From the IMG/VR virus record IMGVR_UViG_3300047393_000100: a DNA stretch of 64,000 nt. One strand, written 5' to 3'. The stretch is from a virus. Taxonomy: Duplodnaviria > Heunggongvirae > Uroviricota > Caudoviricetes. Below, one piece after another: positions 48,934 to 57,905 of this stretch. The translations under genes and the position numbers were made by a program. The stretch's first letter is position 1, and each line of letters opens with the position of its first letter. Below the pieces are notes generated by a model. The model did not search any database. It had not been told where the DNA came from and saw only the letters and a program-made list of their open reading frames with translations.

Positions 48934-49536
48934 ATGAAAAAGGTTTTAATAGGCATGTTGGCATTATTGTTAGCATGTCTTTTTTTAGCATTTAATAAAA
49001 ACCTGCCTAACCTTGATATTAAAACACCAATATATCATATAGTATATTCGCAGGAATTTGAACAACCTTTGGAAATAGATTATAAAGTTCAATGTAACAA
49101 AAATTCAAAAGGTTATTATAGCAGAGGAGGTATGGATTTTTATATAGAGAAAAATATTCATACATCTGACTATAAAGATTATTATAAAAATGTATGGGAT
49201 AAAGGTCACATGGCACCTGCTGGAGATTTTAATTGTAATCTTCAGAGTTTAAAACAAACATTTTCATATGTCAATTGCGCATTACAGCACCAGGACTTAA
49301 ATAGGGGTGCCTGGAAGGAACTTGAAGCATACGAGAAGGAACTTGCGATAAATAACATAGTAACTATTAGAATATTGGTTGATTTCTCACGTTCAATCAG
49401 AGGAACTGCAGGTGCTATGATTCCAACAGGATTTACTAAAATAATTACACTAAATGGAAAATTATTTAAATCGTATTATTTTCCAAATGAATCAGTTAAA
49501 GAAAACTATGAAAAATATTTAATAAAAAAGTACTAA
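48934..49536 (+). CDS. DNA/RNA non-specific endonuclease (NucA/EndA family) with N-terminal signal or anchor
   Basis: DKGHMAPAGD, N..LQ...LNRG.W..LE; MKKVLIGMLALLLACLFLAF leader; ATG 48934 preferred over the track start. Confidence 0.88.
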   Translation: MKKVLIGMLALLLACLFLAFNKNLPNLDIKTPIYHIVYSQEFEQPLEIDYKVQCNKNSKGYYSRGGMDFYIEKNIHTSDYKDYYKNVWDKGHMAPAGDFNCNLQSLKQTFSYVNCALQHQDLNRGAWKELEAYEKELAINNIVTIRILVDFSRSIRGTAGAMIPTGFTKIITLNGKLFKSYYFPNESVKENYEKYLIKKY

Positions 49537-49554
49537 AAGTTTTTTATCTCACCC

Positions 49555-49574
49555 GAATTGATTATATTTACATA
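49555..49574 (+). promoter_or_regulatory. Putative host-sigma (early) promoter
   Basis: GAATTGATTATATTTACATA, identical to 32980. Confidence 0.6.
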
Positions 49575-49595
49575 TCAAATTTAAACAAATACACC

Positions 49596-49685
49596 ATGGC
49601 AAACGGAACTTATACAGACGAAGAATTAAATCAAATGTATGCATCAGGAGTATTAACAATGGAAATGTTACTTAGAACAATATAA
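49596..49685 (+). CDS. 29-aa small protein
   Basis: MANGTYTDEELNQMYASGVLTMEMLLRTI; first ORF after the promoter, A-rich leader. Confidence 0.5.
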   Translation: MANGTYTDEELNQMYASGVLTMEMLLRTI

Positions 49686-49712
49686 TAATAATACAAAAAA
49701 AGTATAAAGTCG

Positions 49713-50291
49713 ATGAAACATAGAGACGAATTACCCTTATTCTTAAAAAAGAATGGATATAAAATTGGAGTTGAGATTGGTGTTGAGCACGGTGAACATG
49801 CTATTAATATTTTAAAACAATGGGATGGTGATTTAGTATGTGTGGATTATTGGGATAAACAAGACATTCATGTATATAATGAACCATGTAACTTTAAAGA
49901 TTTCAACAGTATATTTTTAGAATTTAAACAAAATATTAAAGAGTTTGAAAACAGAGTTTTAGTAGTAAAAAACAAATCAGAAATTGCTTCAAAATTTTTT
50001 ACTGATGAATATTTTGATTTTATCTATATCGATGGAAATCATTCTTATCTTGAAATTAAAAAAGACCTCGAATGTTAGTGGCCCAAATTAAAAAAAGGTG
50101 GATTATTTTCAGGACATGATTGGTTGGATAATTTTACGCCCGATGATGATAAGAATATCGATGTTTATTATGGAGATTTATATATTGGAAAGTATGGTGT
50201 AAATTCTGCTGTTAGCGAATTTGCAAATGAAAAAGGATATAGAGTTAATATCACGGATGAAAAATTCGCGACATGGTATTTTAAAAAGTAA
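49713..50291 (+). pseudogene. Class I SAM-dependent methyltransferase (Methyltransf_24-like) interrupted by an in-frame TAG
   Basis: VEIGVEHG, FIYIDGNHSY, then DLEC-TAG(50076-78)-WPKLKKGGLFSGHD continuing in frame to TAA 50289-91. Confidence 0.8.
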
Positions 50292-50294
50292 TAT

Positions 50295-50693
50295 ATGGAA
50301 TATATGGAAAACATTTTTAAAGTTGCAAAATATGAAAAAACAGATGAAGGGTTTAAGCATATTGGATATGAAGAGTATTTAATAACATATCTAAAAGGTA
50401 AGAAACCTCATCAAATCAGAATTGTTGTCAATGGAATATTATCAACTAAGATTATTAATCTAGTTCAAGGAAATTCCGGATATAAGTCACAGATTTTAGC
50501 AGCAATTAGTGAAATTAAGAATGAGAAAATCAATTTAACAAATATAGTTTCTAAAAAGAAAAAAGTAACGCTATCATATATTGGTACTTTCTATAGTAAA
50601 CTAATTGTTAAAAATGTTAAGAACTATTTGATAGGAATTAACAAAGAAGAGAGAAGAGATACATTAACTAAATATGAATTAATATGGGAGTAA
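50295..50693 (+). CDS. Hypothetical protein
   Basis: Operon-packed ORF. Confidence 0.6.
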   Translation: MEYMENIFKVAKYEKTDEGFKHIGYEEYLITYLKGKKPHQIRIVVNGILSTKIINLVQGNSGYKSQILAAISEIKNEKINLTNIVSKKKKVTLSYIGTFYSKLIVKNVKNYLIGINKEERRDTLTKYELIWE

Positions 50694-50923
50694 AATTAAA
50701 TAATTTTAAAGAATTTTTATTAACGAAAATAGTTCCATATGTTGTTATATCATTTTTGGGAATTATAATAGTTTCACAATACTTGCATATTACTTCATTA
50801 AAAAATGAAGTTGAATTTTTAAGTAAGAGAACTAGATACGTAGTAATAGACGTAGTTGGTTCTAAAAAAGGCACCGGAATTAGAATTGACACAATACATG
50901 ACACCATTAAAGTAATAAAATAA
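50684..50923 (+). CDS. Small single-TM membrane protein
   Basis: Hydrophobic IVPYVVISFLGIIIV segment. Confidence 0.6.
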   Translation: MGVKLNNFKEFLLTKIVPYVVISFLGIIIVSQYLHITSLKNEVEFLSKRTRYVVIDVVGSKKGTGIRIDTIHDTIKVIK

Positions 50924-50929
50924 AAACAT

Positions 50930-52054
50930 ATGGAAAATCAAAATTCAGTTTGCTATGTAGGGCAAATTACCGAAATTAAAAAAATAGAAGGTGCTGATAA
51001 CATCGAATTAGTAATAGTAGGAGGTTGGAATGCAATCACCAAAAAAGGTGAATTTAATGAAGGATCATTGGTTGCCATTGCAACCACAGATGCTGTTATT
51101 CCAGAGGAACTTTCTGAAAAAATGGGAGTTACTAATTACTTACGCAAAGGCACTAGGGTACGTACTGTAAAGTTAAGAGGAGTATACTCTGAGTGTTTAA
51201 TTATTCCTATAATCTATATCAAATCTTCAAGTATTAGAGAAGGTAGAGATTTAATGGAAGAATTAGGTATTACTAAATTTGAACCACCTGTTAAACAAAT
51301 ACAATTGTCTAATGGTAAAAAGATTCGTTATCAATCTAATCCAAACTTCCATGTTTATTATAAGTTTCCAAACTTAAAAAATGTGACTGGGTTATTTACT
51401 GAAGAAGATAATGTACAAATCACCAGAAAATTACATGGAACTAATGCTAGATTTGGAATTATTCGCAAGAATAAATTATCATTTTTCGACAAGTTAAAGA
51501 AATTCTTTGGATTAACAGATGAGTGGATTAATTATGAATATATTTATGGATCTCATAATGTTGAAAAGGGAAGTGATTCTCAAGGATTTTATTCAACAGA
51601 TGTTTGGAGAACTTCAGCAGATGAATATAATATCAAAGAAAAACTATGGTACGCTGTAAAATCAAAAACAGTTGAAGAAATTGGAGTAGGTTTTGTTCTT
51701 TATGGTGAAATTTATGGTGCTGGAATTCAAAAGAATTATGAATATGGTTTAAAAGACACTCGATTTGCTGCATTTGATTTAACAATAAATGGAAAATATA
51801 TGGACCCTGAAATGACAGAGTGCATTGTTGAAGATGTTCTAGAACTTCCACATGTTACTGTGTTATACGAAGGTTTATGGAATCAAGAAATTCAAGACAA
51901 ACTTACATTTAATAATTTTATTGATGGTACTAAAGTTCCACATGAAGGAATCGTAATTAAGCATGAAACTGGAGAAAGACAAAAGGTTGCAAAGGTAATT
52001 AATCCAGAGTATTTGATATTTGGAGAGAAAAATAATGTTGGAGATTCTCACTAA
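50930..52054 (+). CDS. RNA ligase, DRB0094/Rnl2-like, with N-terminal OB-like domain
   Basis: IEGADNIE N-domain, motif I KLHGTN, YGEIYG.GIQK, FDL, EGIVIK, KVINPEYL. Confidence 0.88.
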   Translation: MENQNSVCYVGQITEIKKIEGADNIELVIVGGWNAITKKGEFNEGSLVAIATTDAVIPEELSEKMGVTNYLRKGTRVRTVKLRGVYSECLIIPIIYIKSSSIREGRDLMEELGITKFEPPVKQIQLSNGKKIRYQSNPNFHVYYKFPNLKNVTGLFTEEDNVQITRKLHGTNARFGIIRKNKLSFFDKLKKFFGLTDEWINYEYIYGSHNVEKGSDSQGFYSTDVWRTSADEYNIKEKLWYAVKSKTVEEIGVGFVLYGEIYGAGIQKNYEYGLKDTRFAAFDLTINGKYMDPEMTECIVEDVLELPHVTVLYEGLWNQEIQDKLTFNNFIDGTKVPHEGIVIKHETGERQKVAKVINPEYLIFGEKNNVGDSH

Positions 52055-52374
52055 TGAAACATGTAATAGCATACAATATAGGATATACCGGGATGGGTAG
52101 TTCTGCAATACTGCATAACCATCCCCAAATATGGGAGTGTGATTTCCCAACCTTTGCAAAAAAAATGAGACAAAAGGGCAATATTAAAGCACTCTTCAAA
52201 TGGGCAAAGGTAAATTATGTTCCACCTTCAACAATAGTCCTGCACGTTACAATATGGTATGAAACCGAATACTGGCAAAGGACAATAAAAATGATTAATG
52301 TTCGACAATATAGAAAACAATGGGAGGAAGTTTATGGAAAAGAATGGAAAAAACCGGAAATTAACAAAAATTAA
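52054..52374 (+). CDS. Hypothetical protein
   Basis: TAATG-coupled to the RNA ligase. Confidence 0.55.
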   Translation: MKHVIAYNIGYTGMGSSAILHNHPQIWECDFPTFAKKMRQKGNIKALFKWAKVNYVPPSTIVLHVTIWYETEYWQRTIKMINVRQYRKQWEEVYGKEWKKPEINKN

Positions 52375-52483
52375 CTTTACATTAGAGGAATGGTTTGATG
52401 CATTAAAGGTACCAGCACCATATCGAAATAAAAAGAAATATTTTAAAAAAGTAAAGCATAAAGGAAGATCTAAGGATTGTTAA
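52334..52483 (+). CDS. Small basic hypothetical protein
   Basis: 3' part of track ORF 52298..52483 from the second ATG; start uncertain. Confidence 0.4.
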   Translation: MEKNGKNRKLTKINFTLEEWFDALKVPAPYRNKKKYFKKVKHKGRSKDC

Positions 52484-52497
52484 TAACTTTATTTTTT

Positions 52498-52537
52498 TAT
52501 ATCAAATATTATAGTTATATTTACATTATAATTAAAA
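52498..52537 (+). promoter_or_regulatory. Putative host-sigma (early) promoter module
   Basis: 40-bp identity with 56937-56976; contains TATATTTA. Confidence 0.7.
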
Positions 52538-52548
52538 ACAAATAAAAT

Positions 52549-52689
52549 ATGAAAGTAATTTACATGGCAGAAACGTTAAATCTATTAGCACATTTAAATG
52601 GAATTGAAAGCGTAAATTCGCTTGTTGCCACTGGAGAAATTAAACAAACTGAAACATTAACATATTTAACAATACAAATAAACGAATAA
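52549..52689 (+). CDS. 46-aa small protein
   Basis: MKVIYMAETLNLLAHLNGIESV...; first ORF after the promoter. Confidence 0.55.
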   Translation: MKVIYMAETLNLLAHLNGIESVNSLVATGEIKQTETLTYLTIQINE

Positions 52690-52691
52690 TT

Positions 52692-52913
52692 ATGGAAAAG
52701 TTAACTACAGGAATCGGATTAATCTTTGCTGGGATAGCATTATTAATAGTGGCTGCAATATTATTTGCATGGCCAGTACAATTATTATGGAATGGATGTT
52801 TAATTGGTGCAGTTGATGGAGTTCACCCAATCACATTTTGGCAAGCGCTAGGATTAAACTTCTTATTTTCAATCCTATTTAAAGGAACTTCAACTTCAAG
52901 TAAAGGTAAATAA
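52692..52913 (+). CDS. Small two-TM membrane protein
   Basis: Two hydrophobic segments; WPVQLLWN, ITFWQALGL. Confidence 0.7.
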   Translation: MEKLTTGIGLIFAGIALLIVAAILFAWPVQLLWNGCLIGAVDGVHPITFWQALGLNFLFSILFKGTSTSSKGK

Positions 52914-53362
52914 TGAAAACAGTAATCTTCGATCTTGATGGAACACTAGCTCTTATTGATGCTAGAAGAACTAAAGCTACAAAGGCAGATGGTAAAATAA
53001 ATTGGAAAACATTCTTTGATCCATTGAATATTCCATTAGATCTTCCAAATGCACCCGTAATTGAATCCTTCAAAGCTCTTAAATCATCTGGCTTTATTGT
53101 TGGAATATTTAGTGGTAGAGATGATATTAGTCGAGATGCCACAAAGATCTGGTTAGATCAACATGGAATTAGACCAGATTTCATGAAAATGAGAAAAAAT
53201 GGTAGTTTTACGCCAGACGATAAATTAAAGAAACTTTGGCTAGATGATTTAATCCAAGATGGGCATGATGTTATGTGTGTTTTTGATGATAGAGATAAGG
53301 TAGTTAAAATGTGGAGAGATAATGGCATTTCTTGTTTTCAAGTAGCTGAAGGCCCATTTTAA
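52913..53362 (+). CDS. HAD phosphatase, T4 PNK (PseT) 3'-phosphatase-like
   Basis: FDLDGTLA, FSGR, MR....PDD.LK, FDDR..VV.MWR..G..C.QVA.G. Confidence 0.85.
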   Translation: MKTVIFDLDGTLALIDARRTKATKADGKINWKTFFDPLNIPLDLPNAPVIESFKALKSSGFIVGIFSGRDDISRDATKIWLDQHGIRPDFMKMRKNGSFTPDDKLKKLWLDDLIQDGHDVMCVFDDRDKVVKMWRDNGISCFQVAEGPF

Positions 53363-53363
53363 T

Positions 53364-53735
53364 ATGACACGAATTAATACAGGAATAAACGCAAAAGAAC
53401 TACCAGATAAATTATTATTGGCTGAGCTTAGAGAAATCAAAAGAATTCCAAATGTAATAAAGTCTGGAAGATATAATATGGATGGCCAACCTAAGGAATT
53501 TACACTAGGAACAGGCCATGTTAAATTCTTTTATGATAAGTTAGAATATTTATTAGAACGATATAATAACCTAAGATGGGAAGCTCTTTATCGTGGGTTT
53601 AACGTGAGTGATTGGGCAGACGCATGGGAAGGTGTTCCTCCTGAATTAATGAATAACTATGTTGAAACACAGAGAGATCGTACCCTTATAATAGAAAGAA
53701 TTAATGAAAAAGGATTTGAATTAATAATTAAATAA
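53364..53735 (+). CDS. denV: Pyrimidine-dimer DNA glycosylase (endonuclease V)
   Basis: MTRIN, L.AE.REI.R, FTLGTGHVKFFYDKL. Confidence 0.92.
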   Translation: MTRINTGINAKELPDKLLLAELREIKRIPNVIKSGRYNMDGQPKEFTLGTGHVKFFYDKLEYLLERYNNLRWEALYRGFNVSDWADAWEGVPPELMNNYVETQRDRTLIIERINEKGFELIIK

Positions 53736-53742
53736 ATTAAAT

Positions 53743-53940
53743 ATGATTACTACTTATATCATAATAGGATTTATATATGGATTTATAGTAACATTAGGTA
53801 CCGAACAATTAATAAGTAATGGTGGAGATAAAAATTTAAGATTTAATTTTATTGAAACATTATTTGTAATTTTATTTTGGCCAATATACTTAGGATTTTT
53901 TATACACCATATAATGACTCAAAATAACGATAATAAATAG
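53743..53940 (+). CDS. Small two-TM membrane protein
   Basis: Hydrophobic segments, LFWPIYL. Confidence 0.65.
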   Translation: MITTYIIIGFIYGFIVTLGTEQLISNGGDKNLRFNFIETLFVILFWPIYLGFFIHHIMTQNNDNK

Positions 53941-53958
53941 ATTATAAAACACAGTCAC

Positions 53959-54816
53959 ATGAAAGTATTAGTTACAGGAGGCGCCGGATTTGTAGGCCAT
54001 AATTTAATTAAACAACTTAAACTTGAAAATCCTACATGGGAAATATTCTCCCTAGATAATTATTTCACAGGATTAAAAAGTAACCACCAAGACGGAGTTA
54101 CTTATTACAACGGAAATACATGGGATGCTGCCAAAATCTTAGAAGGCAGATCTTTTGACATCGTATATCATTTTGGAGAATATTCTAGAATAGTACAATC
54201 ATTTAACGATATTGAAATAGTACAAAAATCAATTTTAGCAGGCACTCCCATTATTTTAGAACTTTGTAGAAAATGGAATGCAAAACTTATTTATTCAGCA
54301 AGTTCAAGTAAATTTGGAAATGGAGGTAAGGATGAGAACTTAAGTCCATATTCTTGGATGAAGTCTAAAATGGTAGAACTAATCAAAAATTACGGAGATT
54401 GGTATAACCTTCAATATGAAATTTGTTACTTCTTTAATGTATATGGCCCAGGTCAAATTATGAAAGGGGATTACGCAACAGTTGTTGGGATATTTGAAAG
54501 ACAATATATAGAAGGTAAAAAATGCACAGTAGTTTCGCCAGGAACCCAAATGCGTGATTTTACACACGTTAACGATATTGTAAGTGGACTTATTAAGGCT
54601 TCACATCGAAATGACAATAACGAATGGCACCTAAGATCTGGCATAAATGTTACAATTATAGATGTTGCAAACATGTTTGGTGAATGGGAATTAATTCCTG
54701 AAAGAAGAGGTGAAAGATTTACCAGTGAAGAGTTTCCATCAGATACCGAGGTGAAACTTAATTGGAAACCCCAATATAATTTAGAAGATTGGATTAACTT
54801 ACGTAAAATTAAATAA
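53959..54816 (+). CDS. NAD-dependent epimerase/dehydratase (extended SDR)
   Basis: TGGAGFVG, SASSS, YSWMK, FNVYGP, RDFTHV.DI. Confidence 0.92.
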   Translation: MKVLVTGGAGFVGHNLIKQLKLENPTWEIFSLDNYFTGLKSNHQDGVTYYNGNTWDAAKILEGRSFDIVYHFGEYSRIVQSFNDIEIVQKSILAGTPIILELCRKWNAKLIYSASSSKFGNGGKDENLSPYSWMKSKMVELIKNYGDWYNLQYEICYFFNVYGPGQIMKGDYATVVGIFERQYIEGKKCTVVSPGTQMRDFTHVNDIVSGLIKASHRNDNNEWHLRSGINVTIIDVANMFGEWELIPERRGERFTSEEFPSDTEVKLNWKPQYNLEDWINLRKIK

Positions 54817-55296
54817 ATGACAGGTAAAATAGCATTAGTAGGTGCCGCAACTTCAGGCAAAGACTATTTAAGAAAACGATTTATGAATCGAGGCTTTGTA
54901 TATGGAGTCTCATGTACTACAAGACCTCCTCGCCCTGGTGAAATCGATGGCCAGGATTATTACTTCTTAACCCAAGAAGAATTTCAACAAAATATAGATA
55001 ATGGTAAATTCGTAGAATGGCAAGCATTTAATGATTGGAAATATGGATTAACAATCAATGAATTTGAACGATGTGATATAATGATATTAAACGCAGAGGC
55101 TGTTGATTTATTAGATGATGTATATCGTGACAGATTATTTGTAATCTATCTAGACATTCCAGAGGAAACCAGAAGGTCAAGATTACTTCAACGAAACGAT
55201 AAAGATGATACTATTGAAAGAAGAATCCAGGCAGATAATGAACAATTCGGAAACTTTATCAATTATGATTGTATAATAAATAATGAAAATTTTTAA
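54817..55296 (+). CDS. Guanylate kinase-like protein
   Basis: GAATSGKD, VSCTTRPPRPGEIDGQDYYF, YG. Confidence 0.85.
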   Translation: MTGKIALVGAATSGKDYLRKRFMNRGFVYGVSCTTRPPRPGEIDGQDYYFLTQEEFQQNIDNGKFVEWQAFNDWKYGLTINEFERCDIMILNAEAVDLLDDVYRDRLFVIYLDIPEETRRSRLLQRNDKDDTIERRIQADNEQFGNFINYDCIINNENF

Positions 55297-55315
55297 CAAT
55301 AAATAAAGACAAACA

Positions 55316-55822
55316 ATGGCAAAAACAAAATCAATTAGCGAATTAAAAGACTTACGTGCTCAATTAGAAGTTGAGGTAAATGACTTACAAACTGAACTTG
55401 CAACAAGAGAATATTCGGTTGACGTTGAAAGCGCAGGTAACTTAAGTGCAATTCTTACTCAAATCGATAAAAGTTATGGATGGAATATTAAGAACGCTGC
55501 ATTTATAATTAATCTTTATGATACGTTAAACGATCAAAAGAAAATTAATACAAACTCTAAGGAAAAAAGTACTGTAGTTTTATTAAACAGCATGCAATTA
55601 AATACATTGTACACTGTGCTAACAAATATCAATGGTGTTGGAATTGAATCAGCTAGAAGATTTACCAGATTATTAACTAATGTAGGTGCACAAATTTCTG
55701 ATGCATTGAAAGAAATGGCAGATAATAATAAAGTTATTCAAGAAAGACATGTTGTTTTGGCAGAACTTGATATTGAAATTGAAAAAGCTTCAAACCCTAT
55801 TGTTGAAGTAGAAGAAGCATAA
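55316..55822 (+). CDS. Hypothetical helical protein
   Basis: Long ORF with abundant-protein codon usage. Confidence 0.75.
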   Translation: MAKTKSISELKDLRAQLEVEVNDLQTELATREYSVDVESAGNLSAILTQIDKSYGWNIKNAAFIINLYDTLNDQKKINTNSKEKSTVVLLNSMQLNTLYTVLTNINGVGIESARRFTRLLTNVGAQISDALKEMADNNKVIQERHVVLAELDIEIEKASNPIVEVEEA

Positions 55823-55837
55823 AAACATAAATAAATC

Positions 55838-56374
55838 ATGAAATTAGCAAGTAAATCTAAAAAACGATTAGATCTATTAGAGGCTATTCAAGAGGGAATT
55901 ACTACCCGAGATGTTTTTGAAACAATTGATTATAAATCACAGAGTGAGGATAAAATAAAGCAATTTATTTATCCTCACCTTCTTAGTCAATTAACTGAAT
56001 ACATTATTGAAAAGAAAGGCTTTAGTAGAGGTCTCGCAAAAGAAAAAGCGAGAACAATGATAAAATGGGAAGGTAATGTAAACACTACCGTAAAGAACAT
56101 TCAATTCATGGGTACCGCGAATAGGCCAGATATGACCATTGAAAGCGAAGGAGTTATTATCGCAATTGAATTTAAAAAAGGCGATAGAGGATCTAGTCTT
56201 CGCGAAGGATTTGGACAATCAATTATTTATTCAACAGCATACGATTTTGTAATGTATATGTTTATTGATACATCTGTGGATAATAGAATAGTAAACGGTT
56301 CTACTGCAGTTAATGAACAAAAATTCTTACAGAATCTATGGGATAATTTTAATGTAAAATTTGCAATAGTATAA
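55838..56374 (+). CDS. PD-(D/E)xK nuclease-fold protein
   Basis: RPD...IAIEFK, Q..IY pattern. Confidence 0.6.
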   Translation: MKLASKSKKRLDLLEAIQEGITTRDVFETIDYKSQSEDKIKQFIYPHLLSQLTEYIIEKKGFSRGLAKEKARTMIKWEGNVNTTVKNIQFMGTANRPDMTIESEGVIIAIEFKKGDRGSSLREGFGQSIIYSTAYDFVMYMFIDTSVDNRIVNGSTAVNEQKFLQNLWDNFNVKFAIV

Positions 56375-56896
56375 ATGAAAGTATTTGTAACATCAAACCA
56401 ACAGTTTGGAAGAAAGGGAGCCATTAGAACTTATAAAAGACCCTTTGATGACGTTAATGAAATGAACCTTCACCTTGTAGAAGCTTGGAATTCTGTCGTT
56501 AATGATGATGATATCGTTTACGTTCTTGGTAATTTTGCATGGGATCCAGAGACGTTGGAAATGATTACAAAAAATCTTAATGGAGATATCATAGTTGTTA
56601 GCGGTGAATACGACAGAGCAGCCAGGGATGTTGCAGAAATAAAAGGTATCGTAGATATTGAATATTTATATAATGCAATAGAAGAACATCCTGAAGTTAA
56701 TGCAGTACTGTCATATTGGCCATTAGCACAGTGGCCTGGTAAAAATAAAGGATCCTATTCTATTATAGGATATCCTGGAAATGACCATAAAACAAATCAC
56801 AAAACACGCGTAATTAATTGTGCATGTGATACTTGGGAATTTAAACCTGTAGAAATATCAAAGTTGATAGAATTACTTGAAGATGTTAACAATTAA
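56375..56896 (+). CDS. Calcineurin-like metallophosphoesterase fold with degenerate active site
   Basis: TSNQQFGR, MN..L...WN.VV..DD.VY.LGNF, SGEYD: family scaffold without the D/H ligands. Confidence 0.7.
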   Translation: MKVFVTSNQQFGRKGAIRTYKRPFDDVNEMNLHLVEAWNSVVNDDDIVYVLGNFAWDPETLEMITKNLNGDIIVVSGEYDRAARDVAEIKGIVDIEYLYNAIEEHPEVNAVLSYWPLAQWPGKNKGSYSIIGYPGNDHKTNHKTRVINCACDTWEFKPVEISKLIELLEDVNN

Positions 56897-56936
56897 TTGT
56901 TAATAAAGTTTGAAAATAAATGCAAAAAAGTTTTAA

Positions 56937-56976
56937 TATATCAAATATTATAGTTATATTTACATTATAATTAAAA
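56937..56976 (+). promoter_or_regulatory. Putative host-sigma (early) promoter module upstream of the ECF sigma
   Basis: 40-bp identity with 52498; upstream part shared with 61694-61762. Confidence 0.7.
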
Positions 56977-56997
56977 CAAACAAATAAAAACAAATTT

Positions 56998-57594
56998 ATG
57001 GCAGGTTACAGAGAATTAACAGAAAACTTTTTAGAAACTCGTTCAGATTCAGATTTTACAGCATTATTTTACAAAGTTAAACCAGGACTAACTTCCTATA
57101 TTAACAAAATTGTAAAAGATCGTGAAATGGCAGAAGACATTGCAATAAATACATTAACAAAGATGTGGACTAAAATTGAGCAATATGACCCACAATATCA
57201 GATCACAACATGGTTATATCGCATCGCATTTAATGATGCATTGGGACATATTAATCAAAGAAATAAGAAAACTTCTCTTAACGCTTTAGAAGAATTTGGC
57301 GTTGAAATAAACGAAGCAGGGGAATTTACAAATGGATTACAAGGAGCGTTTGACGATTATGAAATGAAAACTGAACAAGATTTTCTTGAAGAAGATGACG
57401 AATTAATGGAACAATATGGTAATGCATTAAAGGCTATTGATTCTCTTAAAGAAATGTATAAAGGAATTGTAGTAGATCGTCTTATTAACGATATGAAATA
57501 CGAAGATATTGCAGAAAAGCATAACCTTCCATTACAGACAATTAAAAATAGAATTCGTAGAGGTAAATCTATCATCGAAGAATCTGTATCATAA
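56998..57594 (+). CDS. ECF-type sigma-70 factor
   Basis: Region 2 AEDI....L.K.W..IEQYD....ITTWLYRIA.N; region 4 MKYEDIAE....PLQTIKNRIRRG. Confidence 0.9.
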   Translation: MAGYRELTENFLETRSDSDFTALFYKVKPGLTSYINKIVKDREMAEDIAINTLTKMWTKIEQYDPQYQITTWLYRIAFNDALGHINQRNKKTSLNALEEFGVEINEAGEFTNGLQGAFDDYEMKTEQDFLEEDDELMEQYGNALKAIDSLKEMYKGIVVDRLINDMKYEDIAEKHNLPLQTIKNRIRRGKSIIEESVS

Positions 57595-57806
57595 TGGTAG
57601 TTGTTGTATATAGAAAATCTGAAAGTTCAAAGAAAAAGTACATGACTGTATTTCTATCTGAACAAAATCCAGATAGAATTATAAACGGAAGGGCAAGAAA
57701 GCCATTAATTCCAGATGAGTATATCATTGATGAAATTGGAGTTGGTGAAGTCTTTATTGAAAATTACAAAAAACAACACAAAATTAAAACGCACGAAACA
57801 ATTTAA
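57594..57806 (+). CDS. Hypothetical protein
   Basis: TAATG-coupled to the sigma gene. Confidence 0.6.
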   Translation: MVVVVYRKSESSKKKYMTVFLSEQNPDRIINGRARKPLIPDEYIIDEIGVGEVFIENYKKQHKIKTHETI

Positions 57807-57816
57807 CGTTAAATTT

Positions 57817-57848
57817 AATCCCAAGATTTTTATATCTTGGGATTTTTT
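57817..57848 (+). terminator. Rho-independent terminator
   Basis: AATCCCAAGA...TCTTGGGATT then T tract. Confidence 0.9.
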
Positions 57849-57850
57849 AT

Positions 57851-57858
57851 TATATTTG
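57851..57858 (+). promoter_or_regulatory. Putative host-sigma promoter -7 element TATATTTG
   Basis: Matches Bacteroidota TAnnTTTG. Confidence 0.5.
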
Positions 57859-57905
57859 TACTATAAATATAAAAGATAAATAGATTATAAATAAATGCAA
57901 GTTTT

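Noticed and set aside
49713-50291. Genome-wide TAG-to-amino-acid recoding (code 15 style)
   Set aside because: TAG ends well-bounded genes (18663, 31437, 35378), coding density is already high under the standard code, and no CUA tRNA is seen in the window
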